Counted from the stretch's first letter, positions 28,705 to 37,587 are shown. The stretch is 64,000 bases of DNA from Candidatus Bathyarchaeota archaeon (GCA_963733095.1 CAVTBV010000007.1:1-64000); one strand, 5' to 3'. The notes: generated by a model not told the origin, from the letters alone. Numbers and translations: made by a program.

Positions 28705-31092
28705 TTGCTTGTGAATGTTTCTTTTTGGCTTCTAGACATTAACCCCAAAATCGATAATGACAAGGGAACAATTGAGTTGTGGCTGTGGGGAATCGATGCA
28801 GTTGGAAATCGAGTGCTGGTTGTTGACCGCAATTTTGTTGCTTACTTCTATGCTGTGGTGGCTGAGGGGTTTGATGCGTCGAAGGTTGCAATGGCAATCA
28901 TGGCGGGTTTTGGTCCATCAATTGTGAAGGTGGAAGTTGTTTCTCGCCGCTTCTTTGGTGCGCCTGTGCAAGCAATAAAGGTCTGTTGCATGGTGGCAAC
29001 TAAAACTGGGAAGCTTGCAAAGCAACTTCGAAGCGTCGAAGGCGTAAAAGATTGCCTCGAAGACGACATTCGCGCTTCCATGCGGTACCTAATCGACAAC
29101 GATTTGGAGCCCTGCGGATGGCATGAGGTAGAAGCCGACGAAGAAGAGAACCCGGAGAGCGTCAGGGTCTCCAAGGTTTATGCGGCAAAAGCGCCGCCAA
29201 CGCAGATGGATAAAGTGTCTGTGCCAGCCCTGAGGGTGCTTGGTTTCTCGATGATTTGTTACAGCCGCGAAGGCTCACCAAAACCCGACCGCAACCCCGT
29301 CCTGATGATTTCAACCGCCGCCAGCAACGGCGAAACCAAACAGTTCATCGCAGGCGACGACAAAAACGACAAACCCGTCATCGAATCATTCATCTCTTAC
29401 ATCTGCAAGTATGACCCTGACATCATCGCTAGCTACGGCGCCAACACCGTCGACTGGACCTACCTAAAGGGCAGAAGCCATAAACTGAAAATGAAGCTGA
29501 ACTTTGATCGAGCCAAACAGGAACCGCACACCAGCGTTTACGGGCACGTTTCAACCACAGGTGTCGTGAATGTTGATTTGGCTGATTTTATGGATGTGTT
29601 TCCTGAGGTTAAGGTGAAAACACTGTGGAATTTTGCTGCCCATTTAGGCGTCATGAAGGAGCGGCGGAGTGTGGTTGAGGATGTGGAGTTTGCGGATTTT
29701 TGGGATGACAAGCAGAAACGTGAGGAACTAATGTGCTTTGGGTTGGATAGCGCCCGAAAGGTTGATGGTACGGCGGGGTTACTTTTGGATTTTGCGATGC
29801 AGCTCACCAGTCTAACCAGCCTGCCTCTTGATCATGTGATGACGGCGGCGGTTGGTTTTCGTGTGGAATGGTTCCTGATTAAACGGGCACAGAAAATCGG
29901 TGAGCTTATCCCTAAACGCGTTGAGCAGCCCTACCGAACTTATGCAGGGGGGCTTGTGCTGTCGCCCAAACCCGGCTTGCATGAGAACATCGCCGTTTTG
30001 GACTTTAAATCAATGTACCCAAACATCATGATAGCCTACAACCTCTCACCCGACACCTACATCGCACCCGAACAACCCCTGCCACCAGGCGGCGTCTACA
30101 CCGCGCCCGAATTGGGGCACAGATTCCGCAAATCACCCCCAGGATTCTACAAAGAAGCCCTAACATACCTAATCAACGTCCGAGGCGCAATCCGCCAAAG
30201 AATGAAAAACCTCAACCCCAAAACCGTCGAATACTGCGTTCTCGATGCCCGACAAAAAGCTGTTAAAATCATAACCAACGCCGCCTACGGCTACGCTGGG
30301 TGGGTAGGCGCAAAATGGTACATTAAACCCGTCGCCGAAGCCGCTTCAGCTTGGGGCAGACACATCATCTTGACAGCGTCCCAGATGGCGGAGAAAGCTG
30401 AAATCGAAGTCATATATGGAGACACAGACAGCCTATTCCTAAAATACAATAAAGCTAAAGTGGCGAAGTTGGAGGACGAAATCAAGAGTGAACTAAAACT
30501 TGACGTGGAAGTTGGGGAAGTTTACAGGCGCGTATTCTTCACCGAGGCAAAGAAACGTTATGCAGGCCTACGGCAGGATGGCAGTTTGGATATAGTGGGT
30601 TTGGAGGTTATTCGTGGTGACTGGGCCGAGGTGGCTAAGAAAGTGCAGGAGCATGTTCTGGAAATAATCCTCAACGAACCCTCGCCCAAGAACGCAACCG
30701 ACTATGTACGTTTAGTGATTGCGGACCTGAAACATCGAAGAGTTCCCTTGCATGACCTTATCATTTGGAAAACCCTTACCAAGCCGCCTGAAGACTACGC
30801 CATTAAGGCTCCGCATGTGGAAGCAGCAAAGATGCTGCGGGAAAAGGGTTGGCGCCTTACGGGCGGCGACAAGGTGGGCTACGTTATATTGGAGGGAAAA
30901 GGGCGCCTCTACAATCGAGTGAAACCCTACGTCTTTGCCAACATCGATGAAGTGGATGTGGATTACTACATAACTAATCAGGTGTTGCCTGCGGCAGCGA
31001 GAATATTGTCTTTCTTTGAGGTAACAGAGGAAGACCTACTGAAAGAATCTAAAGAAACAGAAGAAATTAGGAGCCTAATGGATTATGTTTAG
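28705..31092 (+). CDS. polB: Family B DNA polymerase (PolB3-like) with degenerate 3'-5' exonuclease motifs
   Basis: DFKSMYP, KIITNAAYGY, YGDTDS and KKRY intact; Exo I reads GFSMI. Confidence 0.93.
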   Translation: MLVNVSFWLLDINPKIDNDKGTIELWLWGIDAVGNRVLVVDRNFVAYFYAVVAEGFDASKVAMAIMAGFGPSIVKVEVVSRRFFGAPVQAIKVCCMVATKTGKLAKQLRSVEGVKDCLEDDIRASMRYLIDNDLEPCGWHEVEADEEENPESVRVSKVYAAKAPPTQMDKVSVPALRVLGFSMICYSREGSPKPDRNPVLMISTAASNGETKQFIAGDDKNDKPVIESFISYICKYDPDIIASYGANTVDWTYLKGRSHKLKMKLNFDRAKQEPHTSVYGHVSTTGVVNVDLADFMDVFPEVKVKTLWNFAAHLGVMKERRSVVEDVEFADFWDDKQKREELMCFGLDSARKVDGTAGLLLDFAMQLTSLTSLPLDHVMTAAVGFRVEWFLIKRAQKIGELIPKRVEQPYRTYAGGLVLSPKPGLHENIAVLDFKSMYPNIMIAYNLSPDTYIAPEQPLPPGGVYTAPELGHRFRKSPPGFYKEALTYLINVRGAIRQRMKNLNPKTVEYCVLDARQKAVKIITNAAYGYAGWVGAKWYIKPVAEAASAWGRHIILTASQMAEKAEIEVIYGDTDSLFLKYNKAKVAKLEDEIKSELKLDVEVGEVYRRVFFTEAKKRYAGLRQDGSLDIVGLEVIRGDWAEVAKKVQEHVLEIILNEPSPKNATDYVRLVIADLKHRRVPLHDLIIWKTLTKPPEDYAIKAPHVEAAKMLREKGWRLTGGDKVGYVILEGKGRLYNRVKPYVFANIDEVDVDYYITNQVLPAAARILSFFEVTEEDLLKESKETEEIRSLMDYV

Positions 31093-32279
31093 GCTGGAGG
31101 GATAATGCTTTGGAACGTTATCAAATCAACGTTCAAGGCTGGTTTGACTGCTTCGGATACGCGTGATGCAACGACGCGTTTGATGCTCTTGTCGGCTGCG
31201 ATGTCAACGATTCTCTGTGTGATGATTCCGTCGAAAACCAATGTGTTCACGCCTGTTGTTTGTGAGAGTTTCTCTGCTAGCTGGCTTACGGGTAGGCGTT
31301 CGATTAATTCGAGTTTTTCGCTTAATAGGACTGCTTCAAGTGTGCCGACTAAGGCTTTTGCTGCTTGAACGATTGTGTCTGGAACGTCGATTTTGATGCG
31401 TTCGGGCACGACTATCTTCTTTGGAGCGGGTGCCGCTGCGGGTTTGGGAACGACTGCTGCTGCCGCCTCTGCGATTGGCAACTTGTTGTCGAGGGCTTCT
31501 GCAATTTCTTTACAGTTGCATTCTTCGATTTCTTTGCCTCTTGGAGCGCGACCGACAAACTTTACGCTTGTTACTTGCATGAGCTCTTTTAAGATTAGGT
31601 CTCCTCCGCGGTCGCCGTCGAGCAACGCTGTTGCGGGTCTTTCTTTTGTAATCTTTTTGATTGAGTCTGGGACTTTTGCGCCTTCGAGTGCAACGGTGTT
31701 AAAGATTCCGCACCTCATTAGGTTGATAACGTCTGCGCGTCCTTCAACGACGATTATTTCTTTTGCGCCGTCTAGTCCTGGTCCAGCGGGCAGGTCTTCT
31801 GGTCCATACTTTTCGACTTTGCCTACTTTCATGGTGTCGCTGATTTCTTTGTAGACTTCGTCGACGCTTGGCATGGATTCGATGTTCCATCGGTGGAGGA
31901 TTTCTTTGGCGCGGTCGATGATTATTTTTCGGCGTGCTTCGCGGATGTCTTCGATTTTGTCAAGGGTTACTTTGGCTGAGCAGGGTCCGACGCGGTTTAT
32001 GCTTTCAACGCTTGCTGCGATGAGGGCTGTGGAGACGCGATCGAGGCTTGTTGGTATGGTTATGGATCCGTTGGTTCGGTCGTTCTTAGAATGGAGGTCG
32101 ATTTCGATTCTGCCGATGCGCCCGGTTTTTTGGAGTTCTCTTAGGTCGAGTTCGGGACCGAAAAGTCCTTCTGTTTGCCCGAAAACTGCTCCAATAACGT
32201 CGGGTTTTTCAACTACACCTTCAATTTCAAATCTAGCATGTACAACGTACTTTATCGTAAATGTTTGGGATGTTCCCGT
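31089..32279 (-). CDS. dnaG: Archaeal DnaG (primase-like, exosome-associated), about 396 aa, non-canonical start
   Basis: Frame is open 135 codons upstream of the tracked ATG and encodes KY...EIEGVVEKPDVIGAVFGQTEGL and LQKTGRIGRI; TOPRIM VEGRADV, DGDRGG. Confidence 0.92.
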   Translation of the reverse strand, partial: TGTSQTFTIKYVVHARFEIEGVVEKPDVIGAVFGQTEGLFGPELDLRELQKTGRIGRIEIDLHSKNDRTNGSITIPTSLDRVSTALIAASVESINRVGPCSAKVTLDKIEDIREARRKIIIDRAKEILHRWNIESMPSVDEVYKEISDTMKVGKVEKYGPEDLPAGPGLDGAKEIIVVEGRADVINLMRCGIFNTVALEGAKVPDSIKKITKERPATALLDGDRGGDLILKELMQVTSVKFVGRAPRGKEIEECNCKEIAEALDNKLPIAEAAAAVVPKPAAAPAPKKIVVPERIKIDVPDTIVQAAKALVGTLEAVLLSEKLELIERLPVSQLAEKLSQTTGVNTLVFDGIITQRIVDIAADKSIKRVVASRVSEAVKPALNVDLITFQSIIPPA

Positions 32280-32634
32280 AAGTGTGCAACTCCTATGTAA
32301 ATTATACTTATTTGATTATGTTAATCGCATTATGCGAGTATTTCTCGCAATGATGAGATTTTAATTTGTTACTAATTTAGAATTTAGGTGCATGCCGTCT
32401 AATAACCCTTGTGGGTATGCGCCCATAGATTTTTTTGTACAACATTACAGCAATCAGTAAGTTATGGATCTTAAAACAACTTATGCGAAAAATGAAACAT
32501 TATTTTAAAGAGATTATTTTGGATTCAGCAATGTGAGCGTTATTTGTGCAATCAAGCTTTTTTTGCTCGATGGATTGATGTGCAAATCGCAAAACTATTA
32601 TAGTTCGTAACCGCTAAAATGTATGAGAACGTAC

Positions 32635-32850
32635 GTGAAAAGAGAAGAAGCGGTGTCTCTTCTATAAGAGTTAAATTCTAAAATGCTAGTCCAAGCTCTA
32701 TCATTTCAGATTGAGCAGAGAAAACCCGATAAATACCAAATAAGAATTAAGGGTTCCTATGACCTTGAGTTAATTCAAGCATATGCAAATTTTAAAAATT
32801 TAGTAGCAGAAGAAAACGAAAAAAGACAACTAATTATTTTTAAGCCGTAA
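32635..32850 (+). pseudogene. Paralog of the 33257..33475 small protein with an in-frame TAA
   Basis: VKREEAVSLL*ELNSK...YQIRIKGSYD...LIIFKP; TAA at 32665-32667 where the paralog has K. Confidence 0.7.
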
Positions 32851-32890
32851 TGTTTCTTCTATAGTTACCGCAAGTAGATGTAAAAGTAGG

Positions 32891-32991
32891 TTTGACGGAG
32901 CAACGTTGTTAACTTGATGCGGTACTAAAATTTTTCTGGGAGGGGCAAGGAGAGAGATCAGCCGCATCTTGTTAACTTTTGCTCCGTCAAA
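32891..32991. repeat. Long imperfect inverted repeat / hairpin (about 30-bp arms, 39-nt loop)
   Basis: TTTGACGGAGCAA..GTTAAC..GATGCGG pairs with CCGCATC..GTTAAC..TTGCTCCGTCAAA. Confidence 0.85.
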
Positions 32992-33256
32992 CTTTCTTTG
33001 GGCGGTTTCATACGCATATGTTACTTATCTCAAGTAAAAATAAAAGAGTATGTTGTAGGCATGAGCCACGTATTGTTTTAGTGTTAAACTTGAAGAATCA
33101 TTTAACCTTTAAGGGTGTCTTTGTTGAGCGCGTTGAAAGACGCAAACACAGAATAGATATGGTAGCAGACTTCTCTTTTTTTTTGCTACCTATTTTGGCT
33201 CTACAGAAAAAAAATTATATAGAGGATATCGATAATAGAATATGGGGAACGTACAC

Positions 33257-33475
33257 TTGAATCGGCTAGAAGCCATGGCATTGTTGAAGGAATTGGTTGC
33301 TAGCGAATTAGTTAACCCTGATTATTTGTCGATTCATAAAGAGAAGTCGGGCAATTGCCAGATACAGATTAAATGTGATTATAACAAGGCACACCTTGAA
33401 GAGTACGCAAAAAAGAACGGTTTAACCATGACAGAGGATAAGGAAAGAGAATACTTTGTTATCGCTAAACCCTAA
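33257..33475 (+). CDS. Small hypothetical protein (MNRLEAMALLKEL family)
   Basis: Intact ORF with two paralogs in the window; alternative ATG at 33242. Confidence 0.7.
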   Translation: MNRLEAMALLKELVASELVNPDYLSIHKEKSGNCQIQIKCDYNKAHLEEYAKKNGLTMTEDKEREYFVIAKP

Positions 33476-33864
33476 ATGTACCTAGTGATAATCTGTGAAG
33501 GATGCATCACAGTTTTCACATTTATAATATGCCAAAGTAAAAGCATGGTTTTCTAATTTTTTCTTTGGAATTGGAACTTCTTCTCCGCAATTAGGACATT
33601 TAGCCAAACAAGCCCCTGCCCAAAGTTTATAGCTCAAACCAGAGCAATAAAAAATATAAAGATATGTTGGAACAGAACGCTACAACAAGCAATATCTAAG
33701 CCGAATTTAGCCAAAATTTAGTTCAAAATCTATATGCGCCTCATATGTGCAATTGAAGAATATTTGGCTACACACTGAAGACTACATCAAAGCAAGGGCT
33801 GAATAAATGGACTTAGAACCTGTCAACTTATATAATAAATCAAACAAAGAAGAGGTCGATACCC

Positions 33865-34680
33865 ATGAGCCTGCACCTGAACCCAGAATACGACAAACTC
33901 CTGCCAAAGATGTCAGAAGAAGAATTCGCTGAGCTTAAAACCTCCATCCAAACCGAAGGACAACACTACCCCATAATCGTCAACGAAGACCTCGTTGTCT
34001 TGGATGGGCACCACCGTTTTCGAGCCTGCATCGAACTTGGGCTTGAACCTGATTTTGAAGTACGCAAATTCGACGATAAACTCTTAGAGAAGAAATTTGT
34101 CATCGAAACGAACCTAAGACGCCGCCACCTAAACAACTTCCAGCTTGTAGAGTTAGCTGTTCCGTTGCTTGAAATCGAGAAAGCCCTTGCCAAGAAAAGA
34201 CAATCCCAAGGCGGCAAGAATGGCCGTGACACGCAGTTGGGGTTAGCGTCAGACGACGCAGAGCCTGACCTTGTGCCTAAGGCAAAAGCGACTGAGGCGG
34301 TTGCTAAGAAGGTGGGGGTTTCTGCGCGAACTTTGGAGCGGGGCAAAAAAATCATTGAAAAAGCAACCGAGGACGATAAGCAGAAACTGCGTGATGGAAA
34401 AACAAGCATATCCAAAGTGTACCAGGAAATTGTCTCCAGCGAAAACCCTCATCAGCAGGATGAGGAGGCCTTTGAGGCGTTTGCGCATCAGGATTCTGCA
34501 CATGAGGTTCAGAATAAGGCTGAATTACTCGAACTTTTGGATCGGATGGTTAAGCAGGAGTTGTTCTGTCCATCCTGTGGCACGTCGATGTTCGAATGCA
34601 GCAAATGCCACACGACCCTAAAGGAAATGGTGCATGAGAAGAAGGCAGGGAAGGCTGATGACCAAGAAAGAGAGTTTTAG
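33865..34680 (+). CDS. ParB/Srx N-terminal domain protein with HTH and C-terminal Zn ribbon
   Basis: GQHYPIIV...LDGHHRFRAC, ETNLRRRHL, AKKVGVSARTLER, CPSC/CSKC. Confidence 0.85.
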   Translation: MSLHLNPEYDKLLPKMSEEEFAELKTSIQTEGQHYPIIVNEDLVVLDGHHRFRACIELGLEPDFEVRKFDDKLLEKKFVIETNLRRRHLNNFQLVELAVPLLEIEKALAKKRQSQGGKNGRDTQLGLASDDAEPDLVPKAKATEAVAKKVGVSARTLERGKKIIEKATEDDKQKLRDGKTSISKVYQEIVSSENPHQQDEEAFEAFAHQDSAHEVQNKAELLELLDRMVKQELFCPSCGTSMFECSKCHTTLKEMVHEKKAGKADDQEREF

Positions 34681-34985
34681 CTTTTAGGTGGTTTTGTTTT
34701 TTTTTGGGATGTGGCTTTGGATGTTGGTGTCGCGGTTGTCTATTGGGGCTTTGAGGTTGTGGGTGATTTCATCTAGTCTTTGTTTTGCGTATTGTTTGAT
34801 TTTTGTGGGTTCAGCTGCTGCGTAGATGTGGTAGTAGCGCCGCCTTTTAGTTTTCTGGAACCTGTCTAATGGTTGTTGTATGTGGTTCGCCCAGATACAT
34901 GTATTGTTTGGTATTGACAATACCGCAACATATTTATAATTTCTCAGCCACATCAACTCATACAAATACAACAAAGGTAAAAATT

Positions 34986-35099
34986 ATGGAATTAAAATTA
35001 AATTGCCCCCACGGAATTCCCGAAGAAGAATGCTGCGGCAACCCAACCTGCAGAGCCCGAATAGTATGGTTGAACGCCAAAAAAGAGGCAAAACTATGA
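34986..35099 (+). CDS. 37-aa Cys-rich microprotein (MELKLNCPHGIPEEECCGNPTCRARIVWLNAKKEAKL)
   Basis: AAGGT upstream; stop overlaps the trxA start (ATGA). Confidence 0.5.
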   Translation: MELKLNCPHGIPEEECCGNPTCRARIVWLNAKKEAKL

Positions 35100-35521
35100 T
35101 CGACCCAGAAATAGAAAGAATCCAGAGAAAAAAGATAGCTGAAATGCTGGAGCGAGCTACAACGCAAGCTAAACCAACCGAACTATCGGCGGGTAAACCC
35201 ATACCTTTGACCGACAGCAATTTCGCGTCTGAGATCGCAAAACATAGCTTGATGCTGGTTGATTTTTGGGCGCCTTGGTGTGGTCCTTGCCGAATGGTGG
35301 GTCCACTAATTGAGCAGCTTGCAGCCGAGTACGCCGGGAAAGTCGCGTTTGGGAAGATGAACGTTGATGAGAACATGTCGGTTCCAAGCAGTTTTGGAGT
35401 CATGAGCATTCCAACAATGATTGTTTTCAAGAACGGCAAACCAGTCGAAACCCTCATCGGCGCGTGCCCCAAATCGCAGATTGAATCCAAGTTTAAACCC
35501 TTCATGGACAAAACCCAGTAA
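35096..35521 (+). CDS. trxA: Thioredoxin with N-terminal extension
   Basis: DFWAPWCGPC, MSIPTM. Confidence 0.95.
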   Translation: MIDPEIERIQRKKIAEMLERATTQAKPTELSAGKPIPLTDSNFASEIAKHSLMLVDFWAPWCGPCRMVGPLIEQLAAEYAGKVAFGKMNVDENMSVPSSFGVMSIPTMIVFKNGKPVETLIGACPKSQIESKFKPFMDKTQ

Positions 35522-35532
35522 CAGGTGACTGA

Positions 35533-35982
35533 GTGAGCGTCGCTGATAGTGAGAAAATCGTTGCCACCAAATCCCTCCTCTTATCGGGCACATCGCTTCT
35601 TTCGATCTGGGTGGTCTTAGGCACCCTCTCAATCTACCTAATCAACCCGCTCTTCGGCTGGCTCTTTTTGGGCTTCTCCGCCTTCGCAGTTTTGATTATA
35701 ATTCGGCGTTTGCTGTGCAATTCGTGCTATTACTGTAAATCCTGCACCAAAGGATTCGCCAAACTGTCCAAACTAACTCTGGGAAGCAAGCACATACCAG
35801 GAATAAGCAAAGGCTCAACAATCGGCATGGCCACCACAATGTACGCCATACTCACAGTCATCCCCAGCGCGGTACTCATAAATTCGATGCTTAGCGCCTA
35901 CAATCCGGTAAGTATCCTGTTGTTGGCGGCGATTCTTCTGGTCACGGTCTACACGTTGGTGGTTAGGGCAAAAGGCAAATAA
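35533..35982 (+). CDS. 4-TM membrane protein with CxxCxxCxxC motif
   Basis: CNSCYYCKSC between hydrophobic helices. Confidence 0.7.
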   Translation: MSVADSEKIVATKSLLLSGTSLLSIWVVLGTLSIYLINPLFGWLFLGFSAFAVLIIIRRLLCNSCYYCKSCTKGFAKLSKLTLGSKHIPGISKGSTIGMATTMYAILTVIPSAVLINSMLSAYNPVSILLLAAILLVTVYTLVVRAKGK

Positions 35983-36012
35983 AATTCAACCCGAAAACAG
36001 TGCTGAGCGACC

Positions 36013-36207
36013 ATGACTAAAGCCTACATCGACCCCCAAAAGTGCATTCGATGCGACAAATGCAATGCTGCCAAAGCTTGTGCCATAAAAGCTATTTTCC
36101 GCATCAGCCCAGAAGACCCAAACGTTGTGGAGTCACGTCTTTGCCGTGGATGCGGAGACTGCGTAGCAGCCTGTGCAGCTAATGCGGTTGTTTTAAAAGA
36201 GGGCTAA
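36013..36207 (+). CDS. 2x[4Fe-4S] ferredoxin
   Basis: CIRCDKCNAAKAC and CRGCGDCVAAC. Confidence 0.9.
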   Translation: MTKAYIDPQKCIRCDKCNAAKACAIKAIFRISPEDPNVVESRLCRGCGDCVAACAANAVVLKEG

Positions 36208-36347
36208 GCCACACTTTTTTTTTAAAAAACCCTTTTTAGGGTAGTAGTTGAAAGCCAGCTTTTCTGAAATGGCTGTCAAATGTAAACGCTGATAGCACTC
36301 TAATCTCTCGCATTTACACAAGATAACCTCATGACAATTTCAAATTT

Positions 36348-36392
36348 AAATGGGCCGGGAGGGGGATCATAGCCCCAATTTACCAGTTAAAA
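36348..36392 (+). repeat. Direct repeat, copy 1 (pairs with 51118..51162)
   Basis: 39/45 identity with a 26-bp exact core GGGGATCATAGCCCCAATTTACCAGT. Confidence 0.85.
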
Positions 36393-36559
36393 GCTATCAA
36401 GGCTGAGTCGGAGCGGGCTTACCCCTGAAGCGGTCTGAGATCTCCCGTATATTCCATTTTTTTCAATTTTCCTTTTCTATTTTTTGTCGGCTATTTTCCG
36501 TTGGGCTTTTTCAAATGGTTTTTATGTGAGACTATCCTAGTTACGAGTGGTGTTTTTGA

Positions 36560-36841
36560 ATGGTTGAAGATTTTGAACAAGACGATTTCGACATGATTGA
36601 CCCCACAACCAAAAAAGTTCTTGTAACCCTTTCCCAATTTGAGAAAGGTCTCTTGGTGACGGTAGACCTCTTACACAGAAAAACAGGTTTGATGCCTGAA
36701 GCCCTAAACGACGCAGCGCGGCACCTGTTAAAATCCAAGCTCATCGACATACCTGACCCGACAAAACGACATGGTCCCTACGATTTCGAAACCATCGAAA
36801 TAACCGACTTCGGAAGGCAAGTGCTCACAAAATTCGGGTAA
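36560..36841 (+). CDS. Small winged-helix-like protein
   Basis: LHRKTGL...LLKSKLI...EITDFGRQVL pattern. Confidence 0.55.
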   Translation: MVEDFEQDDFDMIDPTTKKVLVTLSQFEKGLLVTVDLLHRKTGLMPEALNDAARHLLKSKLIDIPDPTKRHGPYDFETIEITDFGRQVLTKFG

Positions 36842-36951
36842 AATGCCACAACTAAGCCCTCATCTTAAATAGCAACGATACTTTTTTCACTGATTCTCTC
36901 TTTTAATTTAACGAATATTTAGAGTTTTCAGAAAGTAAATTACTGTGACTT

Positions 36952-37075
36952 TTAGAGAAGTTTTGAAAAGTCATCGTATACTTTTTTCTCGTCACCGACG
37001 AAAAACACCATTACTGTATTTTGGTCCAAGTCTATTTCATAGAGCGCTCGGTAGTCACCTGATCCTGACTCTTTA
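36952..37075 (-). pseudogene. RelE/ParE toxin C-terminal remnant
   Basis: RVRI/GDYRALYEIDLDQNTVMVFFVGDEKKVY with a 1-nt shift; N-terminus missing. Confidence 0.6.
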
Positions 37076-37131
37076 ATTTGGACGGTTAAAAGCCTTAAGA
37101 TTATACTCTTACTCTAAGGTGGAGCATTAGA

Positions 37132-37587
37132 TTATTTAAGATAGTTATCAAGATTTGTTTCTCCTACTGTAAGCTCAGGAAATGTCGCGATCAGCTGTTT
37201 TGCTAATTCAACTATTATCATTTTAACTCCCTCTGTTTTCTCAACATTAATCTTTGGATAAAGCCTAACGACAACTCCATCGTTTCTTCCAGATATCATC
37301 GTAAGAAAAGAGGCCTTCTTGTCAGAATCAATCTCTAACGAATAGAAAAGTATCGCATTTTTTTCGCGCTCAAGATAAACATCCATGGTTTTTAGAATAC
37401 TGTTTTTGTTTCTTATCATCAACGGTTTTAATTCTTTGAAAATGTTCTCGATTGCAGCTTTACCATTTAGAACAACATGAGGCAAAACAACTCCTCCCTT
37501 ATTCAAGTGATTAGGGGAAGCAAATATTAGATTTTCCAATCTTAAAAGCAAATGACCAAACAAACAACACAAAACGTAGCTGTTCAT
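37132..37587 (-). CDS. Hypothetical protein (true start probably near LPHVVLNGK)
   Basis: Globular-looking ORF; GGGAGG precedes the internal start region. Confidence 0.6.
   Translation of the reverse strand: MNSYVLCCLFGHLLLRLENLIFASPNHLNKGGVVLPHVVLNGKAAIENIFKELKPLMIRNKNSILKTMDVYLEREKNAILFYSLEIDSDKKASFLTMISGRNDGVVVRLYPKINVEKTEGVKMIIVELAKQLIATFPELTVGETNLDNYLK

Noticed and set aside
28705-31092. Casposon/viral PolB or intein-containing polymerase
   Set aside because: It has cellular PolB3-like length and architecture, sits among core genes, and shows no cas1, terminal repeats or intein motifs.
31873-32364. 163-aa plus-strand ORF
   Set aside because: Antisense shadow of the true dnaG N-terminal coding region
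32300-33860. Replication origin in the AT-rich dnaG-ParB gap
   Set aside because: No cdc6/orc1 gene is adjacent and I recognise no repeated ORB elements. Much of the gap is explained by two small paralogs and the hairpin.
34684-34974. 96-aa minus-strand ORF downstream of the ParB-like gene
   Set aside because: No recognisable motif or RBS, and it lies in a strongly skewed tract. Cannot be supported, though it is not excluded.
36351-36376. tRNA gene or tRNA 3' end on the minus strand (…CCCTCCCGGCCCA)
   Set aside because: The loop CTATGAT lacks the TTCRA consensus, there are no D or anticodon arms, and the second repeat copy differs in the would-be acceptor strand. Kept only as a direct repeat.
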